Of a stretch of 64,000 nucleotides of DNA, positions 27,601 through 39,600 are shown piece after piece. Source of the stretch: Laetmonice hystrix (lineage: Eukaryota); contig OZ249436.1 in the NCBI GenBank assembly GCA_965235115.1, forward strand, positions 8,496,001 to 8,560,000, in the 5' to 3' direction. Positions within the stretch are counted from its first letter, which is position 1, and each line of letters opens with the position of its first letter. The position numbers were made by a program, and so were the translations under genes. The notes beneath the pieces are model-generated. The model worked only from the letters and a program-made list of their open reading frames with translations. It did not search any database and was not told the origin of the DNA.

Positions 27601-30600
27601 CACGGTACCGGCTCAGGCAGTGAGCCGGGCCGGCGGCTTTGGTCTGATAACAAGCCACTCGGATGTATTGGAGGGGTGTTTTCCCAACAGTGACCGATTA
27701 CCAGCTGTCACCTGGGTTCTATCCCTGACATGTGATGGTAATGCGTCATTGTCGAGGCAACAGCAGCAGTTCCAGCACTAGAAACAGCAGCAGCAGTAGC
27801 CGCAGCAACAGCCTTTGATACAGTGCCAGCGCTTAAAACATTTTTTTATTTTATGATTACTTTTTCACTCTTCAATCACTCCCGGTAATGCTAGCAACGC
27901 AATCGACATGACGTTGGCTATAGTCACGGCCAGGAAAGTAATTCTGACAAACGAGGCCGTGCTGAAATATAGAGATGCATATCATATGAGAAAACCAGGC
28001 TAAAACACTCTACAGTGTTTACTATCCGCTGAAGGACCTGGCTGCAAATGATGATTAATTATTACCTCAAACCCGGATATGTCAGCAGGCATTGTCCCGG
28101 TGTGCGGGTTTCTCCAGTAACATCATCATCATCGCGAAAAACGGACTAAATAAATGAAAATACTGTTCGTCTAGATGATGCTCAGTGGTTCCCCACAAGA
28201 TGTAAACCCCCTAATCCGCTACACGCACACCCCAGCAGGCCTGGATAACGGACAGGTATAGTATACAGAGTTCGCGACAGGATGTAAACCCCATAATCCA
28301 CTACACGCACACCCCAGCAGGCCTGGATAACGGACAGGTGGAGTATACAGAGTTCCCGACAGGATGTAAACCCCATAATCCACTACACGCACACCAGGCC
28401 TGGATAACGGACAGGTATAGTATACAGAGTTCCCGACAGGATGTAAACCCCATAATCCACTACACGCACACCAGGCCTGGATAACGGACAGGTATAGTAT
28501 ACAGAGTTCGCGACAGGATGTAAACCCCATAATCCACTACACGCACACCAGGCCTGGATAACGGACAGGTATAGTATACAGAGTTCCCGACAGGATGTAA
28601 ACCCCCTAATCCACTACACGCACACCATAGCAGGCCTAGATAACGGACAGGTATAGTATACGGAGTAGTGATCCTTGTGGGCCGATCTCAAGTGACTGCA
28701 ACATGGCTTCCATGATACCAAAACGTCACACGAACAAAACAGCTAACATCCCCGGTTGGCTTCCTCGTAATTTTTAACCACGACCACGGATTTTAAGTGA
28801 AGCCAAGGACGATGCACCGGACTACCTCTAATGTAATGGGGAAGCAACGGAGCCGAAAGGCACACTGCCATCTAAAATAAAGGCGACGACTCGCGCTGCG
28901 GAGAAATTTACAATAAAGGTTCCGTTCCAAACACCGTCCACACCGTCCTTCGCAAATTAGCTCGAAAACGCCAATTGTTTTGACCGGTAATTCAACTTCC
29001 AGGGATATGACAAGATAATTACACCTGGAATACAATTCCACAGCACGTGTGGGATCTTCTTATATCGGTGCTGGATGAATGCCAGTACCGGGCGATGGGG
29101 ACTTCAACCAGAGCAGTTTTGGTACGGTCATAGACGTATGATGAAGGTGCGCTCATCGATCACCGTTGTCGTCTGCCACTTATAATATTATTCTGGGGAA
29201 ATCTACTCGTGTTTCCCCACCAGGATGGACGTCTTGATACCTGGTGTCTGCAAGGAGATACCTGGTGTCTGCAAGGAGATACCTGGCGTCTGCAAGGAGA
29301 TACCTGGCTTCTGCAAGGAGATACCTGGCGTCTGCAAGGAGATACCTGTATCTGCAAGGAGATACCTGGCGTCTGCAAGGAGTTACCTGGTGTCTGCAAG
29401 GAGATACCTGTATCTGCAAGGAGATACCTGGCGTCTGCAAGGAGTTACCTGGTGTCTGCAAGGAGATACCTGGTGTCTGCAAGGAGATACCTGGCGTCTG
29501 CAAGGAGATACCTGTGTCTGCAAGGAGATACCTGGTGTCTGCAAGGAGATACCTGGTGTCTGCAAGGAGATACCTGGTGTCTGCAAGGAGATACCTGGTG
29601 TCTGCAAGGAGATACCTGGCGTCTGCAAGGAGATACCTGGCGTCTGCAAGGAGATACCTGGCGTCTGCAAGGAGATACCTGGTGTCTGCAAGGAGATACC
29701 TGGTGTCTGCAAGGAGTTACCTGGTGTCTGCAAGGAGATACCTGTATCTGCAAGGAGATACCTGGCGTCTGCAAGGAGTTACCTGGTGTCTGCAAGGAGA
29801 TACCTGGCGTCTGCAAGGAGATACCTGGCGTCTGCAAGGAGATACCTGTGTCTGCAAGGAGATACCTGGTGTCTGCAAGGAGATACCTGGTGTCTGCAAG
29901 GAGATACCTGGTGTCTGCAAGGAGATACCTGGTGTCTGCAAGGAGATACCTGGCGTCTGCAAGGAGATACCTGGCGTCTGCAAGGAGATACCTGGCGTCT
30001 GCAAGGAGATACCTGGTGTCTGCAAGGAGATACCTGGTGTCTGCAAGGAGATACCTGTGTCTGCAAGGAGATACCTGTGTCTGCAAGGAGATACCTGGTG
30101 TCTGCAAGGAGATACCTGGTGTCTGCAAGGAGATACCTGGTGTCTGCAAGGAGATACCTGGTGTCTGCAAGGAGATACCTGGTGTCTGCAAGGAGATACC
30201 TGGTGTCTGCAAGGGGATGGCTTATTTACTACTAAAAGAGACTCAACATGTATTTATGTACACTACATGTATTACGGTCTTCAACCGTCAAAGTAACCGT
30301 ATATATCGACCAGCTGAAGACAACCATAACAAGGAGAATACCGAGAAACACAACGTGAGGAATGTGTGCGTGTGATTGACAACTTCGCCCGCAGAATTCA
30401 AGTGTGCTTACATAACGCTGTGGGGGACATTGGTAGCATATTTTTAACAGGGCATAAAATCAGAACCAGGAATTGGAATTGACTAAAACTGTGCAAGGAC
30501 ATTAGGCATATATCATAGTTAAGGCATACCAAATCTGAACAAATTCTATGGAGAGTTACAGATTTCAGAAGGCTTAGTATGGGTTCCTTTTTTTTTGGGG

Positions 30601-33600
30601 GGGGGGGGTCACCCTGTACTTATACTGCAAAGGTGACAAACAGACCTCCAGATCGTCATCCCGGCTTTATAACAATTAAACCAGATCAAATCAACCATCT
30701 TTCTTCATGTGATTGGCCTTGTAGGCTCGAATAAAGATACAATCAGGCCCCTGACTGACGTCATGGCCAGGCAATGAGACGGCGACAATTTGGAGAGGTC
30801 GTGAGGGGCGCTCCAATTACACTCCATTCTGACCGGTTAGGCCAGAAAGCACCAGATGGCTAATCTAACGAAGGAGGAACAAAGGGAATCACCTTCTCGA
30901 GAACCAATTCATTCCGGCTAACCTGGACCGACAATCTCCCTGTTCACCGGCAGAGATCAGCGCCAAGCTTCACTTGTAAGGTTTCTGACTGAAGCCAGCC
31001 CTCCCAATGTGTTTGAGAACCCCATACCATTCACAGAGATCCGTGTATTCTCGGTGGATAATGGTCTTTTTCCAGTGGTCAGTAGAGTTTTTTTTTCACC
31101 TACTGCTAAAAATGTTCTTACCAGATGAGCATGTACTGATAAGATGAATGCTCGAGGAACAACATAACAGTAAAAACTGTCCAGGGACTTGAACGCCAAA
31201 CAAAAAAAATGTTATCTGCATCAAATTGATTGTTTTTTATTTGGCACCTGATTAAAGATAATCCTTGCTTTATGAGGTAGAAATTAAGATTCTCTTCATG
31301 TTCCCGTTGTTTTAACTAGTTCATTGCCGACAAGTAACTGCTGTAGTTGGATATCTTAATTTGGCTGAAGCGGATAAAATATTTCTGTTCAAACATGCCC
31401 GTATCGCAAACGCAGGCTGCAGTCCTTGTCTTGCTCCTTTGTTTCTACTCCTAAAGTATTTTTTATAACAGGTATTGGATAACTGTCATGCAGGTAGCTG
31501 GTCGTGTATCATGTCGTGTATCATTAGATACCTGATCAGGTAATAACAACCCTGTACTTCACCAACACGTGTTTTTATTTAGAATGTATACCTTGGCCAG
31601 CAGGACGCCAATGACGTCATGCCTCCAACAAGATGGGTGTGAAGCTGACTGTCGGCGCCACCTGGTGGCTATTCACGATCACGTCACATGACATGGTTCC
31701 TACATACCTCACTTTCTCTACGGATATCAACGAACAATATACAGGTATTGTCATATGTAAGTATGCAATGCAAAATTAGGTGCAAATAAATCCCATTTTC
31801 TTAGGATTACAAAGAAAGTGCTCAATAAGGGAACTGCTACTGCTAGGGTTTATAAATTAAAGCTTAAAATCAAAAATCAGGACTATTAATGGTTTCAATG
31901 GATGGATAAGCGAGACTTGTGACATAATTCCCATGGCCTGAGTGTGTGTCACGGAAAGCTCCGCCTCTGGAGGCTCCTACTCTCACCCACAAGCAAACAT
32001 CTGCGCCTCAGGCGGTGGCATATTTTTAAGCATCTCCTGGGGGAAGATCCGAGATGTTGTCAGGATCCAAGTTCATCCACATAATTTTCACCTAATCACT
32101 ACATTTGTATGATTAGGAGCGAGAAATGGCCGCAAGTGATTCCAAGAAATCCCATCAGCGGGGGCTGAACAGATTGTGTGTCAGGATGTCAGCACTACTG
32201 GGGATGGCGTCATGCATAGATTTCTGACCACGACTAGCAAAGCTACAAACTGACACCCCCACCCCCCACCCCCACCCCCACCCCCCCCCCCCCCCAAAAA
32301 AAAAGAACTGATTTTGCATCTCCGAACAGGTAAATGTACAATATTACAGCCCACGGTTAGGCTATTGTCCCATGCGCGACCCCCAACCGTCAGTCGGTAA
32401 TTACAGATAGATTGCCAACAGAAGAAGCGAATTTAGAATCCTGTATACGACGGTCAACACTGACGTCAACAGTGACGTCCTGCTAATTAAACCTAGTGTC
32501 CTTTCAAGCCAAGATAATGACAACTGATGAAACGGCCAGCCTGAGCAGCTGGATATTCTGAATGCACGGTCTGACAAATAACCTTTGTGGTCACAGTTTT
32601 TAGATCTACCGGAGATGACAGTTTTCAACATTAATTATCATTTAAACGTGGGATACTTGAGTCTGACTCAAATATCTTGGCAAACATCAAACAATTAATG
32701 AATGAAGACGAAAAAGAAGTGAGATGGCGTCAGGGACAGGGGGTATGCGCCTCACCAGACAATGTAACATGAAGACGGCCAGGTTTTCAGTAGAGAAAGG
32801 CGCAGTACCCAGACAAATTAACTGACCTTCATATACAGTCATACAAGAAGACCAACCTATTCGGAATAATTAAAGGGGCATGCTATGAAACACGTTTTTG
32901 AGGATTTCCGGCAATTATCCAACATGACCGTGTACTAGGGATCCAGGTAAATAATCCTACCACAGCATTTTGTCCTCCGACGTGTTTTCGCTGCGTATGC
33001 AGCACAAGTAGGTTCTATACGACCAAACCTATAGATTTCTCCCGATAGCACATCTCCCGCCATAATTTGGCGGACAACCTCCCATCAACCCGTGTAATTG
33101 CATACTGTGTCACATCCTGTGTGTGCACTCTCTGCATGTGCTTAGTCACGTGCTTTGCTTAGTTGTAAACAATTCAGCAGTGGCACTCGATCGCCCGGCA
33201 TCAGAATGCCACCCAAAAAATATTTTACGAAATCGGCAGAGAAGCAGGCAAGGGAGCTTAATAAACTTCGATTTTTCACGCAAAATGAAACTGATAAGTC
33301 AGTCTTTGTTTACCAAGCAATTTTAATGAAGGATCTCTTTATGAAAACAGCAAAAGTTCTATGAAATACCGATTTTTAACGTTTCCTCATAATATGCCCC
33401 TTTAATAGCAATACCAGCTGTGTTTGTAGTCGCCCTTTGAGCGATCACCTGACTAGTCCACCAATCAGAACTTGTTTGTTTTTTATTTGACAGACCGCTG
33501 ACACTCCTGGGGTTTAATGGATGATCTCGACATGAAATATGATTTCCCCACACGACAATAGATTAATTAGAGTCCGGTTTCTGTACCTTTGAAAAAGTCG

Positions 33601-36600
33601 CTGCCTTTAAGATAAAGTTGATCCTTGAAGTAACTTATCCAGCTTTAATGATTAATGCATTGCTAGTTACCACTCATTGTGCGGGTCAGTATCAATGCGA
33701 GCTCCTTATTTTCGAAGATACCTGGGGGCCGTTTCACTAAACACTCGTATTTTACGAGCTCGTATTTTCTGTAGCTCATCATAGCAAAATGCAGGAGTTT
33801 ATTCTTGTTTAAGAGCAATATACGAGCTCGATCCCCAGTAAGTTGCTGGTTTAACAATAGAAATTCAAATATCTCTACGGTCGTGTAAGAGGACTGCTAA
33901 TAGAAAAGAAAGTTATGTGCTCCGATTCTCCATTATATTGATAATTTCATTTCGACATAAAATCACCATTACAGTATTAGTCACGACATGACCTGCAACT
34001 CGGACATCTCAAACCAGCAGGCCATATTTGGTTTATCTAATGAAAATATTTGCCTACACTAGTGCATAGGAAGGAAGGTGACAACGTGCCCGCTGGCATC
34101 AGGTCAGTGTCTCAGACCGCCAGGTAAAGCGAGCTAATCTGGCCACTGAAGGCGGGTGTTGAAGAACAGAGGGGGGTACAAAGCGTCCAATCACTGCCGA
34201 CACTCTCCACACAGTCGTGCATAAATCTGCAGCTGTCGCCGTATATTAACCCAGCTGTCAGCCACAGGAGATTGGATTCTCCAACCCTCCAGCTCTGTCA
34301 CTGTGCCCACCATCGACGGCCGTCTAGTTTTTCTTTGCCAACCAATATGGACGATTCGTTCAATAGGCGAACTGCCGCGTTGTTGGGATAGGAGGAAGGG
34401 CGAGGAGGCATCAAATGGACGTGAGGGCCAGGCGAGCTGATGTTGACCTGACAAAGGGCTCTGTCGCCAACAATCAACGTTAATCTGCCACAATTAAAAT
34501 ACCTCAATCAGGACAGACGAAGCAAGATGAGATCTCCATGTGGTCACGTGGCGAAAATAAAAGGTCTTGCCGTACACGTCAACACTCCTGATTGACATTT
34601 CAAAATACCAATTCATGTGTCTGTAATTCTTCCGGACCAAATAGGATGTTTCTTGATGGGGATGGATGGAAAAACCTTGCCAACTGCATGTGTCATTTGT
34701 GTTTCGCATGAATGTCTTCAATGAGATTTTTGGTGAACGATGTCTTCCAGTATGGAGGACTTTATTAGACGTTCTGAAGAGAGGTGGCACCGCCCACAAT
34801 TCTTACAATCAAGATAACGGGGGTTGCCTTGAAACATTTCAAATACATGTATAACCATTATCCTAGCGGTGACCTTGCAGCAAAACATATCAGCTTACAC
34901 AAATCCTTGATTTGAATCTTTCGCCAGTTATTATATTATAGCTGTGCCACAGCTCAGGAAAAAAGTTAACTTTCAGCCTTAGTTAGAATTACATTCGAAG
35001 TAAAGATCATAGTCAACTGTGCACAGTATTCAATAACACACTTTTCAAGCTGGTTGAAATTGAAGCAATATTGGATTCAAAAGAAACCTTTGGGTAAAAT
35101 TAATAAGCCACCTGTTCCTTGGAGTAGGTTGTGATAGCCTTCAGTTCTGAAAACACTTAGCATATTCTCGATTGATTTGGGATTTGTTGATTTGGGGGAC
35201 CATGCTTCTATCATTTACCCGAGTACACTTGATGCGGTTATCAAAGGCTGGGTGTGGATGTACAGTGTCTAAGGTACCGGGGTATGTTTGGGACACCATG
35301 CTTCTATCATTTACATGAGTACACTTGATACCATGGCATGTACTCCGGCGCCCAGGACTGGGTTATCAAAGGCTGCGTGTGGATGTACAGTGTCTAAGGT
35401 ACCGGGTATGTTTGGGACACCATGCTTCTATCATTTACATGAGTACACTTGATACCATCGCATGTACTCCGGCGCCCACGACTGGGTTATCAAAGGCTGC
35501 GTGTGGATGTACAATGTCTAAGGTACCGGGGTATGTTTGGGACACCATGCTTCTATCATTTACATGAGTACACTTGATACCATGGCATGTACCAACGCGC
35601 CAACGACTGGGTTATCAAAGGCTGGGTGTGGATGTACAGTGTCTAAGGTACCGGGGTATGTTTGGGACACCATGCTTCTATCATTTACATGAGTACACTT
35701 GATACCATGGCATGTACCGACGCGCCAACGACTGGGTTATCAAAGGCTGGGTGTGGATGTACAGTGTCTAAGGTACCGGGGTATGTTTGGGACACCATGC
35801 TTCTATCATTTACATGAGTACACTTGATACCATGGCATGTACCCACGCGCCCACGACTGGGTTATCAAAGGCTGGGTGTGGATGTACAGTGTCTAAGGTA
35901 CCGGGGTATGTTTGGGACACCATGCTTCTATCATTTACATGAGTACACTTGATACCATGGCATGTACTCCGGCGCCAACGACTGGGTTATCAAAGGCTGG
36001 GTGTGGATGTACAGTGTCTAAGGTACCGGGGTATGTTTGGGACACCATGCTTCTATCATTTACACAAGTACACTTGATACCATGGCATGTACCCACGCGC
36101 CCACGACTGGGTTATCAAAGGCTGGGTGTGGATGTACAGTGTCTAAGGTACCGGGGTATGTTTGGGACACCATGCTTCTATCATTTACATGAGTACACTT
36201 GATACCATGGCATGTACTCCGGCGCCCACGACTGGGTTATCAAAGGCTGGGTGTGGATGTACAGTGTCTAAGGTACCGGGGTATGTTTGGGACACCATGC
36301 TTCTATCATTTACATGAGTACACTTGATACCATGGCATGTACCAACGCGCCCACGACTGGGTTATCAAAGGCTGGGTGTGGATGTACAGTGTCTAAGGTA
36401 CCGGGGTATGTTTCGGACACCATGCTTCTATCATTTACATGAGTACACTTGATACCATGGCATGTACTCCGGCGCCCACGACTGGGTTATCAAAGACTGG
36501 GTGTGGATGTACAGTGTCTAAGGTACCGGGGTATGTTTGGGACACCATGCTTCTATCATTTACATGAGTACACTTGATACCATGGCATGTACCAACGCGC

Positions 36601-39600
36601 CAACGACTGGGTTATCAAAGGCTGGGTGTGGATGTACAGTGTCTAAGGTACCGGGGTATGTTTGGGACACCATGCTTTTATCATTTACATGAGTACACTT
36701 GATACCATGGCATGTACTCCGGCGCCCACGACTGGGTTATCAAAGGCTGGGTGTGGATGTACAGTGTCTAAGGTACCGGGGTATGTTTGGGACACCATGC
36801 TTCTATCATTTACATGAGTACACTTGATACCATGGCATGTACTCCGGCGCCCACGACTGGGTTATCAAAGGCTGGGTGTGGATGTACAGTGTCTAAGGTA
36901 CCGGGGTATGTTTGGGACACCATGCTTCTATCATTTACATGAGTACACTTGATACCATGGCATGTACCAACGCGCCAACGACTTGGTTATCAAAGGCTGG
37001 GTGTGGATGTACAGTGTCTAAGGTACCGGGGTATGTTTGGGACACCATGCTTCTATCATTTACATGAGTACACTTGATACCATGGCATGTACCAACGCGC
37101 CAACGACTGGGTTATCAAAGGCTGGGTGTGGATGTACAGTGTCTAAGGTACCGGGGTATGTTTGGGACACCATGCTTCTATCATTTACATGAGTACACTT
37201 GATACCATGGCATGTACCAACGCGCCCACGACTGGGTTATCAAAGGCTGGGTGTGGATGTACAGTGTCTAAGGTACCGGGGTATGTTTGGGACACCATGC
37301 TTCTATCATTTACATGAGTACACTTGATACCATGGCATGTACCCACGCGCCCACGACTGGGTTATCAAAGGCTGGGTGTGGATGTACAGTGTCTAAGGTA
37401 CCGGGGTATGTTTGGGACACCATGCTTCTATCATTTACATGAGTACACTTGATACCATGGCATGTACTCCGGCGCCAACGACTGGGTTATCAAAGGCTGG
37501 GTGTGGATGTACAGTGTCTAAGGTACCGGGGTATGTTTGGGACACCATGCTTCTATCATTTACATGAGTACACTTGATACCATGGCATGTACTCCGGCGC
37601 CAACGACTGGGTTATCAAAGGCTGGGTGTGGATGTAGTGTCTAAGGTACCGGGGTATGTTTGGGACACCATGCTTCTATCATTTACATGAGTACGTCTTG
37701 ATGCCATGGCATGTACCCCGGCGCCCACGACTGGGTTATCAAAGGCTGGGTGTGGATGTACAGTGTCTAAGGTACCGGGCTATGTTTGGGACACCATGCT
37801 TTTATCATTTACATGAGTACACTTGATACCATGGCATGTACTCCGGCACCAACGACTGGGTTATCAAAGGCTGGGTGTGGATGTACAGTGTCTAAGGTAC
37901 CGGGGTATGTTTGGGACACCATGCTTCTATCATTTACATGAGTACACTTGATACCATGGCATGTACTCCGGCGCCCACGACTGGGTTATCAAAGGCTGGG
38001 TGTGGATGTACAGTGTCTAAGGTACCGGGGTATGTTTGGGACACCATGCTTCTATCATTTACATGAGTACACTTGATACCATGGCATGTACCAACGCCCA
38101 CGACTGGGTTATCAAAGGCTGGGTGTGGATGTACAGTGTCTAAGGTACCGGGGTATGTTTGGGATACCATGCTTCTATCATTTACATGAGTACACTTGAT
38201 ACCATGGCATGTACCGACGCGCCAACGACTGGGTTATCAAAGGCTGGGTGTGGATGTACAGTGTCTAAGGTACCGGGGTATGTTTGGGACACCATGCTTC
38301 TATCATTTACATGAGTACACTTGATACCATGGCATGTACCAACGCGCCCACGACTGGGTTATCAAAGGCTGGGTGTGGATGTACAGTGTCTAAGGTACCG
38401 GGGTATGTTTGGGACACCATGCTTCTATCATTTACATGAGTACACTTGATACCATGGCATGTACTCCGGCGCCAACGACTGGGTTATCAAAGGCTGAGTG
38501 TGGATGTACAGTGTCTAAGGTACCGGGGTATGTTTGGGATACCATGCTTCTATCATTTACATGAGTACACTTGATACCATGGCATGTACCCACGCGCCAA
38601 CGACTGGGTTATCAAAGGCTGGGTGTGGATGTACAGTGTCTAAGGTACCGGGGTATGTTTGGGACACCATGCTTTTATCATTTACATGAGTACACTTGAT
38701 ACCATGGCATGTACTCCGGCGCCCACGACTGGGTTATCAAAGGCTGGGTGTGGATGTACAGTGTCTAAGGTACCGGGGTATGTTTGGGACACCATGCTTC
38801 TATCATTTACATGAGTACACTTGATACCATGGCATGTACCAACGCGCCCACGACTGGGTTATCAAAGGCTGGGTGTGGATGTACAGTGTCTAAGGTACCG
38901 GGGTATGTTTGGGACACCATGCTTCTATCATTTACATGAGTACACTTGATACCATGGCATGTACTCCGGCGCCAACGACTGGGTTATCAAAGGCTGGGTG
39001 TGGATGTACAGTGTCTAAGGTACCGGGGTATGTTTGGGACACCATGCTTCTATCATTTACATGAGTACACTTGATACCATGGCATGTACTCCGGCGCCAA
39101 CGACTGGGTTATCAAAGGCTGGGTGTGGATGTAGTGTCTAAGGTACCGGGGTATGTTTGGGACACCATGCTTCTATCATTTACATGAGTACGTCTTGATG
39201 CCATGGCATGTACCCCGGCGCCCACGACTGGGTTATCAAAGGCTGGGTGTGGATGTACAGTGTCTAAGGTACCGGGGTATGTTTGGGACACCATGCTTTT
39301 ATCATTTACATGAGTACACTTGATACCATGGCATGTACTCCGGCACCAACGACTGGGTTATCAAAGGCTGGGTGTGGATGTACAGTGTCTAAGGTACCGG
39401 GGTATGTTTGGGACACCATGCTTCTATCATTTACATGAGTACACTTGATACCATGGCATGTACTCCGGCGCCCACGACTGGGTTATCAAAGGCTGGGTGT
39501 GGATGTACAGTGTCTAAGGTACCGGGGTATGTTTGGGACACCATGCTTCTATCATTTACATGAGTACACTTGATACCATGGCATGTACTCCGGCGCCAAC

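Noticed and set aside
29160..30375. Overlapping ORFs on both strands (CKEIPGV, SARRYLV, LQGDTW repeats)
   Set aside because: Artefact of the 21-bp minisatellite.
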